Source of the DNA: Schizosaccharomyces osmophilus
Taxonomy: Eukaryota
DNA length: 64,000 nucleotides
Reading direction: 5' to 3'
NCBI RefSeq assembly: GCF_027921745.1
Contig: NC_079240.1
Location: forward strand, 930,001 to 994,000
Shown: positions 9,149 through 21,907 of the stretch, piece by piece
Layout of the letters: every line of letters starts with the position of its first letter
How positions within the stretch are numbered: the stretch's first letter is position 1
The notes under the pieces: model-generated
What the model was told of the DNA's origin: nothing
Seen by the model: the letters and a program-made list of their open reading frames with translations, nothing else
Database searches by the model: none
Program-made: the position numbers and the translations under genes

Positions 9149-11368
9149 ATGACAAATTTATCTGTATATGAATGTACGAATTTAAATCAGATTGAAGCAT
9201 TATTTCAGTCGTTGCAAGTGAAATCAAAACAAACGGATGAACAGCTCGAATCCCTTCTGGACGATCGACAGCCCATTGAAAGCTACAAGTCTACATTTAA
9301 AACTCTTGGGGAACGGTTGGTTTTGTTGGTGACTCAGATCGATGAATTGAAACATGAGTTTTGTGACATCTCTATCGTGGATCAGCAGGTCATTGACAAT
9401 ATCAAAGTTGTGGATAGAGAACAGAATCGTTTAAAGGAATGTCTTTTGTATGTTCGGCAAGTTCGTGATTTTAAGGAATGCCTCATAGAACTGAACCGAG
9501 CTATGCTACGCCAACAGTGGGAAAAAGCGGCAGATTTCGTACATCGAGCGAATTGTACCTCTCCGTCTATTATTCAAGGAAAGTTTGCCCTTGCAGTTGT
9601 TCCAACGAGTGAGCAACCACTTTCTCCTACCGAAACTTTGAACGAAGTTGTTGAATCACTGCATGCGCTTTTTCAGAGAGAATTCCAAAAAGCTGCTCGT
9701 AACAAGGATCAAAAAGAAATTACTAGGTATTTCAAACTTTTTCCTTTAATTGGAAAAGAAAAAGAGGGGTTAGAGGCATACTGGCATTTTTTCGGTGGAA
9801 TCATCGCTTCAAAAGCTAGAGCTACGCTCGACGAACCTCCATCTCATTCTTTATTCTTTTCACAAGCCTTTACTGGCTTGGTTGAACATGTTGCTAGCAT
9901 AGTACGAGCCCATACTCCCCTGGTTCTTCGGTACTATAAGGCAAAGAATACAATCACAGTTATCGAAAACTTACAGTATGATTGTGATAGACAAGGATCC
10001 ATCATTATAAGCACGATGTATGATGTTCGTCGTATCTCTTCCCTTCTGCATTCTATAGAGAGCTATAAATTCCTGCTTTTGAATGCAAAAGTCAAGCACC
10101 GTAACCTACCTTTAGATCAACGTGAAATGGAACGAGTAAGTTTACAAGTCTTACATCCTCTGTTGAATGAGCTTACCTCGATTTTGACTAAGTGGAATAT
10201 GTACAAGGTTTTCATGAGCCGTTTTATATATCGCTTGTTAAATCCCGATCCTTCTTTTAAATCTAACAATGAACGTTCATTTGAATGCGCAAACGTTTTT
10301 TCGAGTTCAGTAGTTGAAGAATTAAATTCCGACCAGCTTATACCCTCCCTCTTGCATTTGGAAACTTATTATTTAAAGCATAGCATGGAAACAGCTTTTG
10401 AGCTAGAGGAACATTATACAAGGGTTCTTCCTTGGACGAGCTCCATTGTTGATGATGTTATGTACGTTACTAAGCAAATCATTCAGCGTGTTTTCTTTTC
10501 TGGCTCATCTGCATACCTCGATAAATTTGTCCACGAAACTTTGTGTCCAATCTTTAAAATATCCTACTTCGCATATATTTCTTCAGACCTGACTGGCTTA
10601 TGTGGAAGTATTCGCAGTCAGTTTCAAAAGTTTAAAGACGCTGGCAAGGTCCAAAAGCCATTCTACGAGCGTTTCGTTATTTTAACGAATAGTGCTTCTT
10701 TGAGTAAGCAGTATCTATGTACAGTTTTAGACGAAATTCAAAAAAAGGATAATGAGGTTTACCCTTTTTATAAAGATAAAGAACAGGTGTCTGCTACATT
10801 GGATAAGTTTCGGAGTGACAGTAGCATGTTTGATAAACTATGCTCCTACGCCTTTAATACCTACTTCCCCATTTTCCTTCTTCCGAAAATTGAAATAACC
10901 ATTGACGACGCGTTTATGGATTGTGAATATGTACTTTCTTACGATGACTATACCAAGGAACTTGCTCGCGAGCGGCCACTTGTGAGTAGGCTCCGAGTAA
11001 TTTGGAATAGGATAACTGCTTTCGATGAATTTACACAGGAAAATCAATTTACGCTAACTAGTATGGCTTGCGAAAAAGCTGCTAGCTACTTGGAACACCT
11101 TGTCCTTTATAAGATTCAATGGAATGAATATGGTGCCATGGCCCTTGAGAGTGATCTTTCACAATGCATTCACGTGCTCTCTAAAGAGCAGGTTCAGTTA
11201 CGTGACAATTTTGAACGATTGCAGGAACTATTGTTATTATTGGTTTGGGAAAGTGAATCGGCATCACCATCTCAAATTGTAGAAGATTTGAGTTTACGTC
11301 TGCTTTCTTTGGATATTGTTGCAGCCATCCAAGAAAAGAAGAAGGCATCGGAGACTAAGGGAGAGTAA
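9149..11368 (+). CDS. cog4: Conserved oligomeric Golgi complex subunit Cog4
   Basis: 739-aa ORF with ITRYFKLFPLIG and SSIVDDVMY Cog4 motifs. Confidence 0.92.
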   Translation: MTNLSVYECTNLNQIEALFQSLQVKSKQTDEQLESLLDDRQPIESYKSTFKTLGERLVLLVTQIDELKHEFCDISIVDQQVIDNIKVVDREQNRLKECLLYVRQVRDFKECLIELNRAMLRQQWEKAADFVHRANCTSPSIIQGKFALAVVPTSEQPLSPTETLNEVVESLHALFQREFQKAARNKDQKEITRYFKLFPLIGKEKEGLEAYWHFFGGIIASKARATLDEPPSHSLFFSQAFTGLVEHVASIVRAHTPLVLRYYKAKNTITVIENLQYDCDRQGSIIISTMYDVRRISSLLHSIESYKFLLLNAKVKHRNLPLDQREMERVSLQVLHPLLNELTSILTKWNMYKVFMSRFIYRLLNPDPSFKSNNERSFECANVFSSSVVEELNSDQLIPSLLHLETYYLKHSMETAFELEEHYTRVLPWTSSIVDDVMYVTKQIIQRVFFSGSSAYLDKFVHETLCPIFKISYFAYISSDLTGLCGSIRSQFQKFKDAGKVQKPFYERFVILTNSASLSKQYLCTVLDEIQKKDNEVYPFYKDKEQVSATLDKFRSDSSMFDKLCSYAFNTYFPIFLLPKIEITIDDAFMDCEYVLSYDDYTKELARERPLVSRLRVIWNRITAFDEFTQENQFTLTSMACEKAASYLEHLVLYKIQWNEYGAMALESDLSQCIHVLSKEQVQLRDNFERLQELLLLLVWESESASPSQIVEDLSLRLLSLDIVAAIQEKKKASETKGE

Positions 11369-11664
11369 ATCCCACGAAGAGACAACTGTAATGAAAATCC
11401 CTTATAATTTTTGAGACATAAAGAATATAAAAAAAGGAAGAGTATGAGAAAAACTTCTTTAGGAGCCCTTTTTACCTTACTTTATACATTCGATAGATCC
11501 ATTGTTTACAATTTATAGTACTGGTACGAGTTGCGTTGTAAAAGATAACAATGCAATCCCTCGCTATTTCAAGTAGAGTTGCAGAAGCTTTGATCATGGA
11601 AAGTCATGTCAAACCGCAGTTACCCTTTTCCTATATACTTTCTAGAACGTTGTTAATTTCTGCC

Positions 11665-12687
11665 ATGTCTTCTTACGTCTTGTTTGGATTGGAAAACCCT
11701 TTGTTGGATTATTACGTTGGAGGAGAAGATGCTACACTCCAGAAATATGGACTGAAAAGCAACGATGCCGTTTTGGCATCTGAAAAGCAAATGGGTATTT
11801 ACAAAGAGGCCTGTGTCAGTTATGGTGCTGGTGGTGCTGCTCAAAACAGCTGCCGTGCTGCTCAATATGTCCTTCCTCCCAACTCTACCGTTTTTGCTGG
11901 TTGTGTAGGTGATGACGACTTTGCTCGCATGCTTCGTGAGTCTAATGAAAAGGCTGGATTACGCTCTCTTTTTTCTGTTGATCCTTCCACAAGCACTGGT
12001 GTTTGTGCCGTTGTATTGAGTAACAACAACAAATGTCGCTCTTTGTGCACTAATTTGGGAGCCGCGAACAACTATAAGCTTAATAACTTGAAGATTCCTG
12101 AAGTTTGGAGCCTTGTTGAGAGCTCCAAGATTTTATATGTTGGTGGATACCATTTGACTGTCAGCCCCGAGGCCATGTTGGAACTGGCCAAGCACGCTGT
12201 TGAGAAGAACAAGCCTTACATCATGAACCTTAGTGCTCCTTTCCTTTCTCAATTTTTTAAAGAACAAATGGACTCTGTTGTCCCTTATTGTGACTACATC
12301 ATTGGCAACGAGTCTGAAATCCTTAGCTATGGTGAACACCATGGCATTGAAACTAAGGATGTTGGTGAAGTAGCCTTGGCTTTGGCTTCTGTCGAGAAAG
12401 TAAACAAGAAGCGCAGTCGTGCTGTTGTTATTACCCAAGGTGCTGATGCCACTATCGTAGTCCAGGATGGTGAAGTGAAGACCTACAAGCCTAACCACGT
12501 TCCCGCTGAGGAAATCGTCGACACCAATGGTGCAGGTGATGCCTTTGCTGGTGGTTTTATTGCTGCTCTTGCTGGAGAACATGGTATCGACTACGCTATT
12601 ACACTCGGCCACTGGTTGGGTCAAGAGTGTATCAAAGTCAGCGGTACAACCCTTCCCCTTCCCAAAAAGCAATACCCTCTTCCCTAA
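11665..12687 (+). CDS. ado1: Adenosine kinase (PfkB family)
   Basis: LFGLENPLLD, AGGAAQNS, TGVCAV and IVDTNGAGDAFAGGF motifs; start placed at MSSYVLF, downstream of a TATA-like element. Confidence 0.95.
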   Translation: MSSYVLFGLENPLLDYYVGGEDATLQKYGLKSNDAVLASEKQMGIYKEACVSYGAGGAAQNSCRAAQYVLPPNSTVFAGCVGDDDFARMLRESNEKAGLRSLFSVDPSTSTGVCAVVLSNNNKCRSLCTNLGAANNYKLNNLKIPEVWSLVESSKILYVGGYHLTVSPEAMLELAKHAVEKNKPYIMNLSAPFLSQFFKEQMDSVVPYCDYIIGNESEILSYGEHHGIETKDVGEVALALASVEKVNKKRSRAVVITQGADATIVVQDGEVKTYKPNHVPAEEIVDTNGAGDAFAGGFIAALAGEHGIDYAITLGHWLGQECIKVSGTTLPLPKKQYPLP

Positions 12688-13143
12688 TTCAACTGCATGT
12701 AGAAATAGAAACGGGGTGACTTTTGCAAACCTCGCGGCCACATATACGTGATAGGTTGTGGGCTTTTATAGATGAAAAAGCCTCAATAAATTTCAATTTA
12801 TTGATTATTTTCAAGGCAGAATACTCTCGTCGATTGCATGGTTCCTTAGTAGTCTTCCTTATGCTCTGACTTTTAAAAGTTTGTAAGGTTTATCTTTGGT
12901 AGAGTGCTACATTTCCTTGCCATTTATATCGCCAAATGGTCAGAATTTCAAACCATTTCTCCTGTAATTTCCTTCCTTGTTGTTATTTCTACATTATCGT
13001 ATTAAACAGTATTATAGTACAATTTTTTTGAGTGCCTTCTCTTGCTAGCAACATCCTTCAGGCTCACTAAACAGGAAGGTCCACTGCGCATGGGCATTTC
13101 AAACGTGACCTTAGCAAAAGGTAAAAGCTGGTAAAGCACAACG

Positions 13144-14605
13144 ATGAAACGCGCATTGTGCCTATTAATTGCCTTGTCCTGGTCACTTTTTGTCCAGGGC
13201 TTGCGCCATACAATTTTGGCTACAGCAGATCATTCTTTAGAAGACTATAGCACATTTCTGGAATCATTGACAGGTAGTAGAATTGACTAAGCCGACAAAT
13301 TCTAATTTTATGGTTGTAGAGAATGGATTTGATGTTACCGTAGCGAACGTGAAGGACGAAAAGGCAAAGTTGTTTGAATACGGCGAGCGCAAGTATGACA
13401 ATGTTATTTTGTTCTCCACCCAAAGCAAAAGTATGTGATATGTGGTGATATAAAATACAAGATCTACTTAGAGAGCAATTGATTAACCTTTCATTTTAGG
13501 TCTCGGAGCTACATTATCTCCTAAAGCTATTCTAGAGTTTGCGCAAGCTGGCGGTAACGTCTTGTTTGCTGCTGGCTCCAACCTTCCTGAAGGAATCCGT
13601 GAATTGGGCAGACAATTAGATTTGTATATTGGAGAGCGTCATTCCTCAGTTGTGGATCATTTCCATTCTGTTGAGAGTTCCGATGATGATTCTGTCTTGC
13701 TGGATACTGTAACCGAAAATCCTCATATTATTTCAGACGAGACCCGTCAGGCTGGTTCAATCGTTTATAAAGGAAATGGCCATTTCTTAGGAAGTAATCA
13801 TCGTGCTCAGCCTGTGCTTCGTGGACACCCCTCCACGTACGTATACAATAAGAAATCCGAAGATCAAATTTCCGAAGAGCCTTGGGCAGCCGGTGCTCAA
13901 TTATTTTTAGTCAGCGTCTTTCAAAACGATGCTGGTGAACGTATTGGCTTCAGTGGAAGTCCTGAAATGTTTACCAACGCATACCTTTCTCCTAGTTCTC
14001 CCTCCTATTCTGCAGCAAATGCTCTATTTGCTCGTGATTTGACAAACTGGGTTTTCCAACGTGTTGCTGTTTTGCATGCTTCTAACATGACCTACGGAAA
14101 GGTTGGTGAGCCTTACGAACTTCATAATGCTTCTACATACAGAATTAAGGATCAAATGGTAAGTGGGAAGAAATCAATGTTGCTTTGCTAATAATTCTAG
14201 GTTTTTTCCATTGATATTGCTGTTTTGAACGATGGCCAACCTCAACCTTACGTGGCCGATGATGTTCAAATGGAACTGGTAATGCTCGATCCTTATTACC
14301 GTGTGAACATGGTTCCTGTGGCTTCTGATAGTAAAACACATCAACGCTATGAGGCTGTTTTTACTGCTCCTGACCATTATGGTGTATTCACTTATAAAAT
14401 CGCTTACTATCGACGCGGTCTGAACCCTATAGACGAGAAGGCCACCTTTACAATCCGTCAATTCTTCCATAATGAGTATCCCCGTTTCCTACCACACGCT
14501 TATCCTTATTATGTTTCCTGCTTTGCAGTCTTGGGCGCATTCTTAATCTTTTGCGGAATTTGGCTCGTTCAAATCCCCAAGGCCTCTTCAAAAAAGCAAA
14601 AGTGA
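13144..14605 (+). CDS. wbp1: Oligosaccharyltransferase subunit Wbp1/OST48; introns ~13274-13319, 13431-13499, 14159-14200
   Basis: Signal peptide MKRALCLLIALSW, LFEYGERKYDN, MLDPYYR, NEYPRFLPHAYPYY, C-terminal TM and dilysine KKQK*. Confidence 0.93.
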
Positions 14606-15187
14606 AAAATTACTTTTCTTTCTCGTGAACCCTTTTATTATATGTATAAGTTCATTTAAGCACTTAGTTATGTTTTAACCATTCTCTTACGCCAATCAAT
14701 CTTTACGATTCGTTTGCTTTTCAATGGTTTATAGGAAGTAGTGATTCCTACGTAGTTTTCAAAATTGTCCCACTCCATTCCTTTACTTGAATTCAATTGT
14801 TCTTATTTTTGCTTAAGAGGACGATTATTAGTTGCATATTCCAACATAAATGGATCCCCTTCAAATAGCTTAGTTTTCTGGCAAGCTACCAATATTTTAG
14901 TGAACTACGAATATGCTATGTAGCCCAACAGCGTAGAGTAACCATTTTCTACATGATATGAGTACTGAGTTAAGAAAAAAGGAGAAGAGAATCAAAACAT
15001 AAAAGTTACAACCACAAGTGCTGCCTGGTAGCAAAAACGTTGAACGGGCTATCTGACTTTACCAAACCCACTCATAACCAAGGGTATGCTTTAGAAGAGG
15101 TGAAATAAGCTTATTAACTGAAAAGATAGGGTTACATGGCTTTCTTTTCTTTTTTTTGTGAAGTTTTATATTTCTTTTGAATTGTAG

Positions 15188-16921
15188 ATGAATAATTATC
15201 AAATAAAGCATTGGCGAGAGAAGACGAAACAGTACCTTTTAAAGAGAAAGTATGAAGATGCCCTTGCTTATATAACATCATGCATTGAGCAAGAACCAAA
15301 GCCCGTTATTGATCTCTTTGAAATCAGGGCCATTGTACTGAAAGAGATGGGTTTGTATGAAAAAGCCCAAGCTGATGCTCAAAGGATGATTAACCTAAAC
15401 CAGAGAAACGCAAGAGGTTACTTACGCTTGGCTCAACTGCTTCAGTATGATGGACTTGATTCAAAAGCTGACCATGTATACATGCAAGGCTTAAAATATG
15501 TTCACAAACTTGACCCATTGAGACAAAAGTTAAAAGCAGCTAGCGTGCAATTGTTAGATCGAATGCAGAAGACTCGGCCAGTTCAAGATCTTTTCTCTCT
15601 TCTACCTCGGGAAATCCTCTTACACATTTTTCAGTACGTGGAATTTCAAACGATAGTCCGTTGCATGCAAGTTTCAAAAAATTGGAAAGATTCAATCAAA
15701 AGGGAATCTTCTTTGTTTCATAAACTGGACTTTTCTGAAGCGTCTTCACGAAGCAGCAAATTTAGAGATCGCAATGTCATGACTTTGGCTCGCTATTCTG
15801 CATATGCAAACAATAATATACAGGAAGTCATTGGTTTGGAAAAATTAGGTATTTTAACCCCTACAAAGGGTTTGCTTCGATGCGTGAACTCCATCCACAC
15901 TTACAAAACTATTTCACCTTTAAGCCTTCCGCATTTAATGCCCAAAATGTACCTTATATGGTCACCATTCACCGAATTAAAATATTTTTCTTGTTCTACT
16001 TCTATCACATTTTCTACTGTTTCTAAAGTTCTCTCAGCTTGCAAGAAGTTAGAGCGATTGGAATTGGATGATGTTGTTCCTGACTTGCTTTTCGATAACA
16101 TGGACTGGGATAAGCAACTTGACGAGAAGCATATTGTTTTACAATTAAGAAGCTTGCATTTTGTAAGAAACCAAGCGCACCCACTTCATGAAAAGGAGCA
16201 GGAATTTCTTGCCAGCATAATTTCCTGTAGCCCTAATTTGCAAGAGCTCGTGGTTACTTACCAACCAAATCTTATATCCACTTTGAAAGAGAATAAACCA
16301 GATCTCAAGCTTTTACAGATAATTGACGATGCAAAGCAAAAATCTATAAGAGATATATTTTACTTACCCTCTTCTTTGGAAAACTTATCTATCATACCTT
16401 CTAGTCCTTCTATGACAATTGCTTCAGCATACTTATTCCCCATACTTTATCGTCCTATTTCACTTAAAAGTGTGAAATTGAGCCTGTTTATTCGATTAAC
16501 TAATCAGGAAGTTGAAAACACAACTAACTTTCTAATATCAAGTCCTGATTTGAGATCATTAGTTTTACATGATTCATTACCAATTTCTTCAAAATTTATG
16601 GAGCTATTTACATGTCTGTCTCATTTAGAGGCTTTGGACCTCTCTGATAATGCTGAACTAAACAACGATCATCTTTCCCATATCGTGGCTTGCTGCCCAA
16701 AGCTAGAGGTTCTCAACTTCTCTAACTGTATTTCGATAACGGGTTCAGGCTTCATTAGTCTTTTGAGGGGTCTCGCATCGTTAAAAAGGGTAGAAATAGT
16801 CAATTGTGATTCTGTGTCGAAAGATGCAATTGATGCGGCACGAGCTAAAGGCATTGAGGTTATTGTTTCAAACCAGCAAAATGGATCCTTAAGTGGTACA
16901 AAACGAATTCGGCTTTTTTAA
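15188..16921 (+). CDS. pof3: TPR/F-box/LRR protein Pof3 (Dia2-like)
   Basis: N-terminal TPR, F-box LPREILLHIFQYV..VSKNW, C-terminal LRRs; synteny. Confidence 0.9.
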   Translation: MNNYQIKHWREKTKQYLLKRKYEDALAYITSCIEQEPKPVIDLFEIRAIVLKEMGLYEKAQADAQRMINLNQRNARGYLRLAQLLQYDGLDSKADHVYMQGLKYVHKLDPLRQKLKAASVQLLDRMQKTRPVQDLFSLLPREILLHIFQYVEFQTIVRCMQVSKNWKDSIKRESSLFHKLDFSEASSRSSKFRDRNVMTLARYSAYANNNIQEVIGLEKLGILTPTKGLLRCVNSIHTYKTISPLSLPHLMPKMYLIWSPFTELKYFSCSTSITFSTVSKVLSACKKLERLELDDVVPDLLFDNMDWDKQLDEKHIVLQLRSLHFVRNQAHPLHEKEQEFLASIISCSPNLQELVVTYQPNLISTLKENKPDLKLLQIIDDAKQKSIRDIFYLPSSLENLSIIPSSPSMTIASAYLFPILYRPISLKSVKLSLFIRLTNQEVENTTNFLISSPDLRSLVLHDSLPISSKFMELFTCLSHLEALDLSDNAELNNDHLSHIVACCPKLEVLNFSNCISITGSGFISLLRGLASLKRVEIVNCDSVSKDAIDAARAKGIEVIVSNQQNGSLSGTKRIRLF

Positions 16922-17493
16922 CCCTTTCTTTCTCTTATGGTCTAATGGGTTATTTAGATGTATAATAAAGCATTAATGAAAAACGTTCTGAGTTTGTTGA
17001 TTTTTGGTAGTATAGTCTTCCTGCTTACATTCAAACAAGGTAGGTAACGGACTATGAAAAGACGAAAATCAGTTGCATGTATAGTTCTTAAGAGTAGACA
17101 ATATTCCAGCTTAAATTACGAATCGCATTTGCATAATTTTCTACTGAAACGAAAAAGGTAGCTAAATAAACGATTTTTTCTACTTGAATGCACCAAGTAT
17201 ACGAATTAAATAATATTTATTAATCCAACATAAAAATTCATTAGTCCCAAAAAAATTGAAGTCCCTTATCAAAAATATAATACACGTTGTTGAAAATATA
17301 TAAAAACAAGCAAATAAATGTATACACGATGTACGCATAAACATTAAAAGTTAAAGATATGACCGGATATCAGGAAGGATAACTCAAGGCAGCGAGAGAA
17401 GCAGAGGACCTTTTAATTATAACATGTATGCAATTAAAAATGTACAATATCCCCATAACTTAGCTGAAAAATAAGACTCTCAATTCATTTCTT

Positions 17494-19421
17494 TTAAAGA
17501 GAGTTGAATAACATCTTTTGTTTAGCAGTAAGGATAATGTCACCTTCGGAAGATTCATCTTGATTTACGGATATAGCATCCTTCGTTGCTAATACCAAAA
17601 CATCAAAAAATAGTTGTACAGCGTCATCACGCTTCGTGTTTCCACTCAATTCTTTAAATGATGCTTGTTCTCCTTGTACGCGGGGGGTCCATTTCGATTG
17701 AACAAAGTCTTTAGCAACTTGCGTACTAGGCATAGAATCAAAAGATGCAGGCTCGTTAAAAGTATTATCAGCATTCCATTCATTATCATCCAACATAACA
17801 GGCGGCGCTCCTATCATAGAATCATCGTCAATATTTGCATCCGCTGGAGGAACTGAAGGGGTTTCAGCTGCTAGTTCTACTTGGCCGTCATTATTCATAT
17901 TAGCTGCATCTAAAGCAGACATTTCAGCAGGACTTTGCTCGGCTTCATGCTCTTCGTATACTTCTGAAGCCTCCTGTTCTCCTGCTAAATTCTGTTCTTG
18001 TTGGGGAGCATCATCAGTTTTTCGGTGTTTAGTTACTTCGTCTTCCTCTTCTTCGATTGTGGGGGACAATTTACGCTTTTTTACATCGTCCTGAAGTTTT
18101 TTTAAAAAGTCCATCTTAAAAATTTCAGCCAAATGAGGATTTAAATTGGAAGAAGATAAAGAAGTTTGAATGTTCCCATTGCGCATGAAATTAACCGTAG
18201 CATTTAGTACCACCGGATTAGTGTTCAAACAAAGCGGTGCTGTGATTGAAGAAGTATCAGACAGTTGCTTTTTCATTTGTCGAGACGACAATTCAGTAAC
18301 TGGATCAATAACAGCACGTTGACGGCGTGGGATGCGAGAAACTGAGGCTTGCTGCTCTGTAATGTCGGGCACATCTTCTTGAACCTCCTCTTGTGGAGAT
18401 GAGGCCTGGTCAAGGTGATCAGAAGGGATTTCAATGTGGGAAACTTCATCGTCATTGGTCTCCTCAACTGGTAGTTGTGCGGGAACTGTAGTATCATTCA
18501 TGAGATCGTCCAAACCGAGATCTAATTGTAAGTCATCGACTGGAGCTAGTAGTTCATTATCCAAAGAATTATTTCCAACAGGAAGTAAGCTTGGGGTCCC
18601 AAAACTTCTAGCAGAAGAGGCAGGTGATTTTCCACCCTGCGACCCAACTAGTGCACTAAGGTCAGCAGCACCAGTAGGATCATGGGGGGCATCTCTTCCT
18701 ACTTCTATGGATTGCTCGCTTCTAGGCGTACCAGCGCCTGACTGAAATATCGGTAACTGAAACTGCATATCCATACTATTAAGTTGCAAAGGATCAGAGA
18801 AAAGGTTAGTCTCATGAGGAGCAGCATTTCGTGCTGCCTCAATTGACTGTTCGCTAGAAACAATAGAAGGAGAAGATGAACTAGGAAGGGTATGTAATTC
18901 AAAAGAGCGAGACTTGGGTGTTTGAATAAGTTGAGACCATTGCATGTCGAAAGAGCTATCTGGGGCCAACAGATCAAACTCGGTAATGGTATCAGGAAGG
19001 GTAAGATTAGCACTTTGAGCCATGGCATCCTTTCCTTTTATTGAGGTAACTGAAGGGGCATTGATTTGTTCAGCTTGCCCAGGACGAAAAGCCATTTTAA
19101 TCCTCAACAGAGCTTCATTGCAATCCTCCAACAGGTATCTAGCTTTCCTTGAATAAATACGAACGACGCCAAGCATAAGCTGTCCAGAAAGGCGCAAAGC
19201 CATCGGCGCTGTTTCTTCCGTGACGATGGCATGTACACTTTGTTCAATGTCGGTATGTAAGGTTTGGACTTTGGAAAGTTTCTTTTCCCAGTGAGCAGCG
19301 AGCCATACTTTTGCTAAGGGGCCCTAAAGACATAAAATAGTTAGTTTTGGGGGAAATTGAACCCATTTACAGAATGTAAACAAAGTACCTTTTTTGAGAG
19401 AATGGCTTCAGAATAGAACAT
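17494..19421 (-). CDS. rad21: Mitotic cohesin kleisin Rad21; exons 19389-19421, 17494-19323
   Basis: MFYSEAILSKK|GPLAKVWLAAHW, ALRLSGQLMLGVVRIYSRK, separase-type sites SIEAAR and SIEVGR, C-terminal FFDVLVLATKD. Confidence 0.97.
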
Positions 19422-19565
19422 GTGACAACTATTACTCAAAGATAGTTAAAAGAGAAAGACAACTAAAAGGAATAACAAAAAAAGGGATATATTTTGGCTT
19501 AATTTTAAGCAGGTCGTATACGGTAGTGGATGCGTTTCATTACGATGGGTCGCTATTAAATTGAA

Positions 19566-19618
19566 ACGCGGTACGCGTAAACATTCGTTGCTGTGTACGC
19601 GACTACGCCGTTACGCGG
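19566..19618. promoter_or_regulatory. MCB cluster in the rad21 promoter
   Basis: ACGCGG, ACGCGT (19573-78), ACGCGA and ACGCGG within ~55 bp; rad21 is a known G1/S MBF target. Confidence 0.8.
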
Positions 19619-20277
19619 TCACGAAAAATAAACAAACAATCCAACAAAATATTATAATTACTTTAAGCGTCTTGCATAAAATTAGAAAACAGAGATTACT
19701 TTTTAACACTTGAACCCTCACTACAGAAATGAATAAAACACAAATCATGGTTTAAGTGGGTATCAAGGTTGGTATTGAGCATTGAAAAGCAGAAAACATA
19801 ATATGTTAGTTGCGTATGTTCTGAGCAACAGGGTGTATCTACAAACATTTTTTTTTATTGAGCATGAATTTGCTGTATATTGTTAACCAAGCAGTGATTG
19901 ATGATAATTTTCGTTTCTAGCGAATGTTCTCGTGTCGCAATGTCCTAAAAGCATACCTTTCATATTGAGAGAGCAAAGTATATTTAACAAATTTTTTTCG
20001 TTGCAACTAGTCTAACCAAGCATAAATGAACTTTCAATTTCTGAATGCTATTTAGGGATTGCTTTGTGCTACGGCTCATCTAACCATATATGTTCAAAAC
20101 TCAAGCGGTCCGATAACTTGCTTGAATCCTTTTACATTTCAATAAATACTTGGAGAATTCTCAAAGAACTATGAAATGACTAGGTATTCCTTAACGATGA
20201 CCATTACTTGCAAGAGAAGAAAATTTTTCTATATAAATCAACCATAAGTATAAATATTTTAACATAAACAAAAGCAT

Positions 20278-20396
20278 GTCTACGGCCACACCTAGGCGAA
20301 AACACCAGTTCCCGTCCGATCACTGCAGTTAAGCGTCTGAGGGCCTCGTTAGTACTATGGTTGGAGACAACATGGGAATCCGGGGTGCTGTAGGCT
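20278..20396 (+). rRNA. Dispersed 5S rRNA gene
   Basis: 119 nt GTCTACGGCC...CCGTCCGATCACTGCAGTTAAGC...AGTACTATGG...GCTGTAGGCT followed by a T8 Pol III terminator. Confidence 0.97.
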
Positions 20397-20722
20397 CTAT
20401 CTTTTTTTTGGCTTTATACTTGTTTAACAGTTTATTCTAAACATCGGTAAGTATTTCTATTGTTTGCAAACGTCTTCAAATTCCATAAATGTGCAACCTC
20501 CTACTATTGCAACGAATGGTTACCTGGGAGGTAACACTGGTGAGTTTTTAGAGAAGATTTAATAAAATAAACAAACCGATCGTATTCAAACGTAAATTAA
20601 ATAAATATATAAAGATTTCTTACAATGAATTCTAGAACAGTACCAAAAATTGGCGATGAGGAAAGAGAGGAAGCCAAATAAAACTAATTTAAATAAATAA
20701 TGAGAGCAATAGGGTTGCTTTG

Positions 20723-21767
20723 TCAATTTTTCTCTTCCTTAAAAATTACCAGCGAAGAAAAAAATGCATCGTCCTTTTGTTGATGCTTTGGAAGCGTAAG
20801 TGAAATGGTTTCCTCAGTTGAGTATCCAAGGATACAAATAAGACTGTGGTAACACATCCAACACACGACACCGACAGTTTGTCCAAGACCTGTGAAAATG
20901 GACTTTATGCCATTGACAAGAAATTTTGCAAGTAATATTGCGACAAAGTTTGTTAATGTCACAATTGCTACCGCGAGAGTACAATGAGATATAATATCTA
21001 GTTTTGAAAAATCCGAAAAACCTACTAAAACTAACACAACGAAAATCGACGTCAATGTAAGCATCACAATAGAACCAACCGCACAAATAAAAAAGACTGG
21101 TGGATAACATACCTGCACCAGAAATAAAAAATGTTCGGAAACGACCCCAAGACCACCCACAATAAAAATTAGTGCTTTAGCCACGAGCCATGCTACCCAA
21201 ATAATAGGCCGACTGAATACTAGTTTTTGTTAGCAAATGCACGCTTAAGAATTGTTTCGATTAGAAAAAATATTACTTACCGTAAAATACACCGAAAGAA
21301 GTTGCCCATGTTAGAAAGAATTGGCCTAAAGGACAAAAGAAATCCCAAGGATATCCAATTTCGCTAGATACATGTAGTAACCAAGAAAGGAAGTCATAGT
21401 GGTAAAAGGCAGCTAATGAGCACAATAATGATAAAACCGATGTCGAAATGCAGTGAACTGTTCTGTTTTCAACGATTACATTTTTAGGAAAGTGATGTTT
21501 TGTTTCTTTCTTATATTCAGCTAAAAAAGTATAGGCGTTGGCTTTAATCTTGTTCTCTTTTATATCATAATAATCCTTATCCGGAAGCAAAAAACCAAGG
21601 AAAGCTACTACCTTGTTTCGTTTGATTTTTGGAGAACCTGACCCGAATGATTCTTTAATATCCTGCGGTGTATTCAAAGGAAGCCCCTTTTCAAGATCAA
21701 TGTTGAAAGCATGGCCCTCAGGAGGAACACTTGAATCCAAGCTAGGCTTCTCTTCAGACATATTCAT
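20723..21767 (-). CDS. DUF999-like multi-pass membrane protein, 327 aa; exons 21281-21767, 20723-21219
   Basis: Intron 21220-21280 (GTAAGT..CTAAC..TAG) joins two track ORFs in frame. NIDLEKGL, PDKDYYDIKENKIK..FLAEY..FP and CWMCYHSLICILG..TLPKH align with my recollection of S. pombe DUF999 proteins (NVDLEQGL, KDKMNIKTNKIK, HWLIYKILILAFG..TLPTH). Several hydrophobic helices. Confidence 0.8.
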
Positions 21768-21907
21768 ACAAAATTAATATCAATTGGCAAGAATTAAAGG
21801 CAAGGATGTTGGTTTCAATAAGAAATTTCGCATCACTTACGCAACGTTGAGTCACAAGAGCAAGTAACATCTTGTAACTTGGCTTTTATTTACAGAAACA
21901 GAAAAAT

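Noticed and set aside
11551..11664. 38-aa in-frame N-terminal extension of Ado1
   Set aside because: The upstream ATGs lie 5' of the TATA-like element near 11632, and family homology starts at MSSYVLF.
12133..12741. Long antisense or alternate-frame ORFs over ado1, cox5, pwp1, fyu1, rad21 and bub1
   Set aside because: Expected shadows of biased codon usage or low-complexity coding sequence.
20723..21767. Calling the 5S-adjacent gene a wtf meiotic driver
   Set aside because: It shares DLEKG, TM helices and 5S linkage, but has only two exons, no LPxY/PPxY after DLEKG and no intronic poison promoter; the rest fits DUF999 better.
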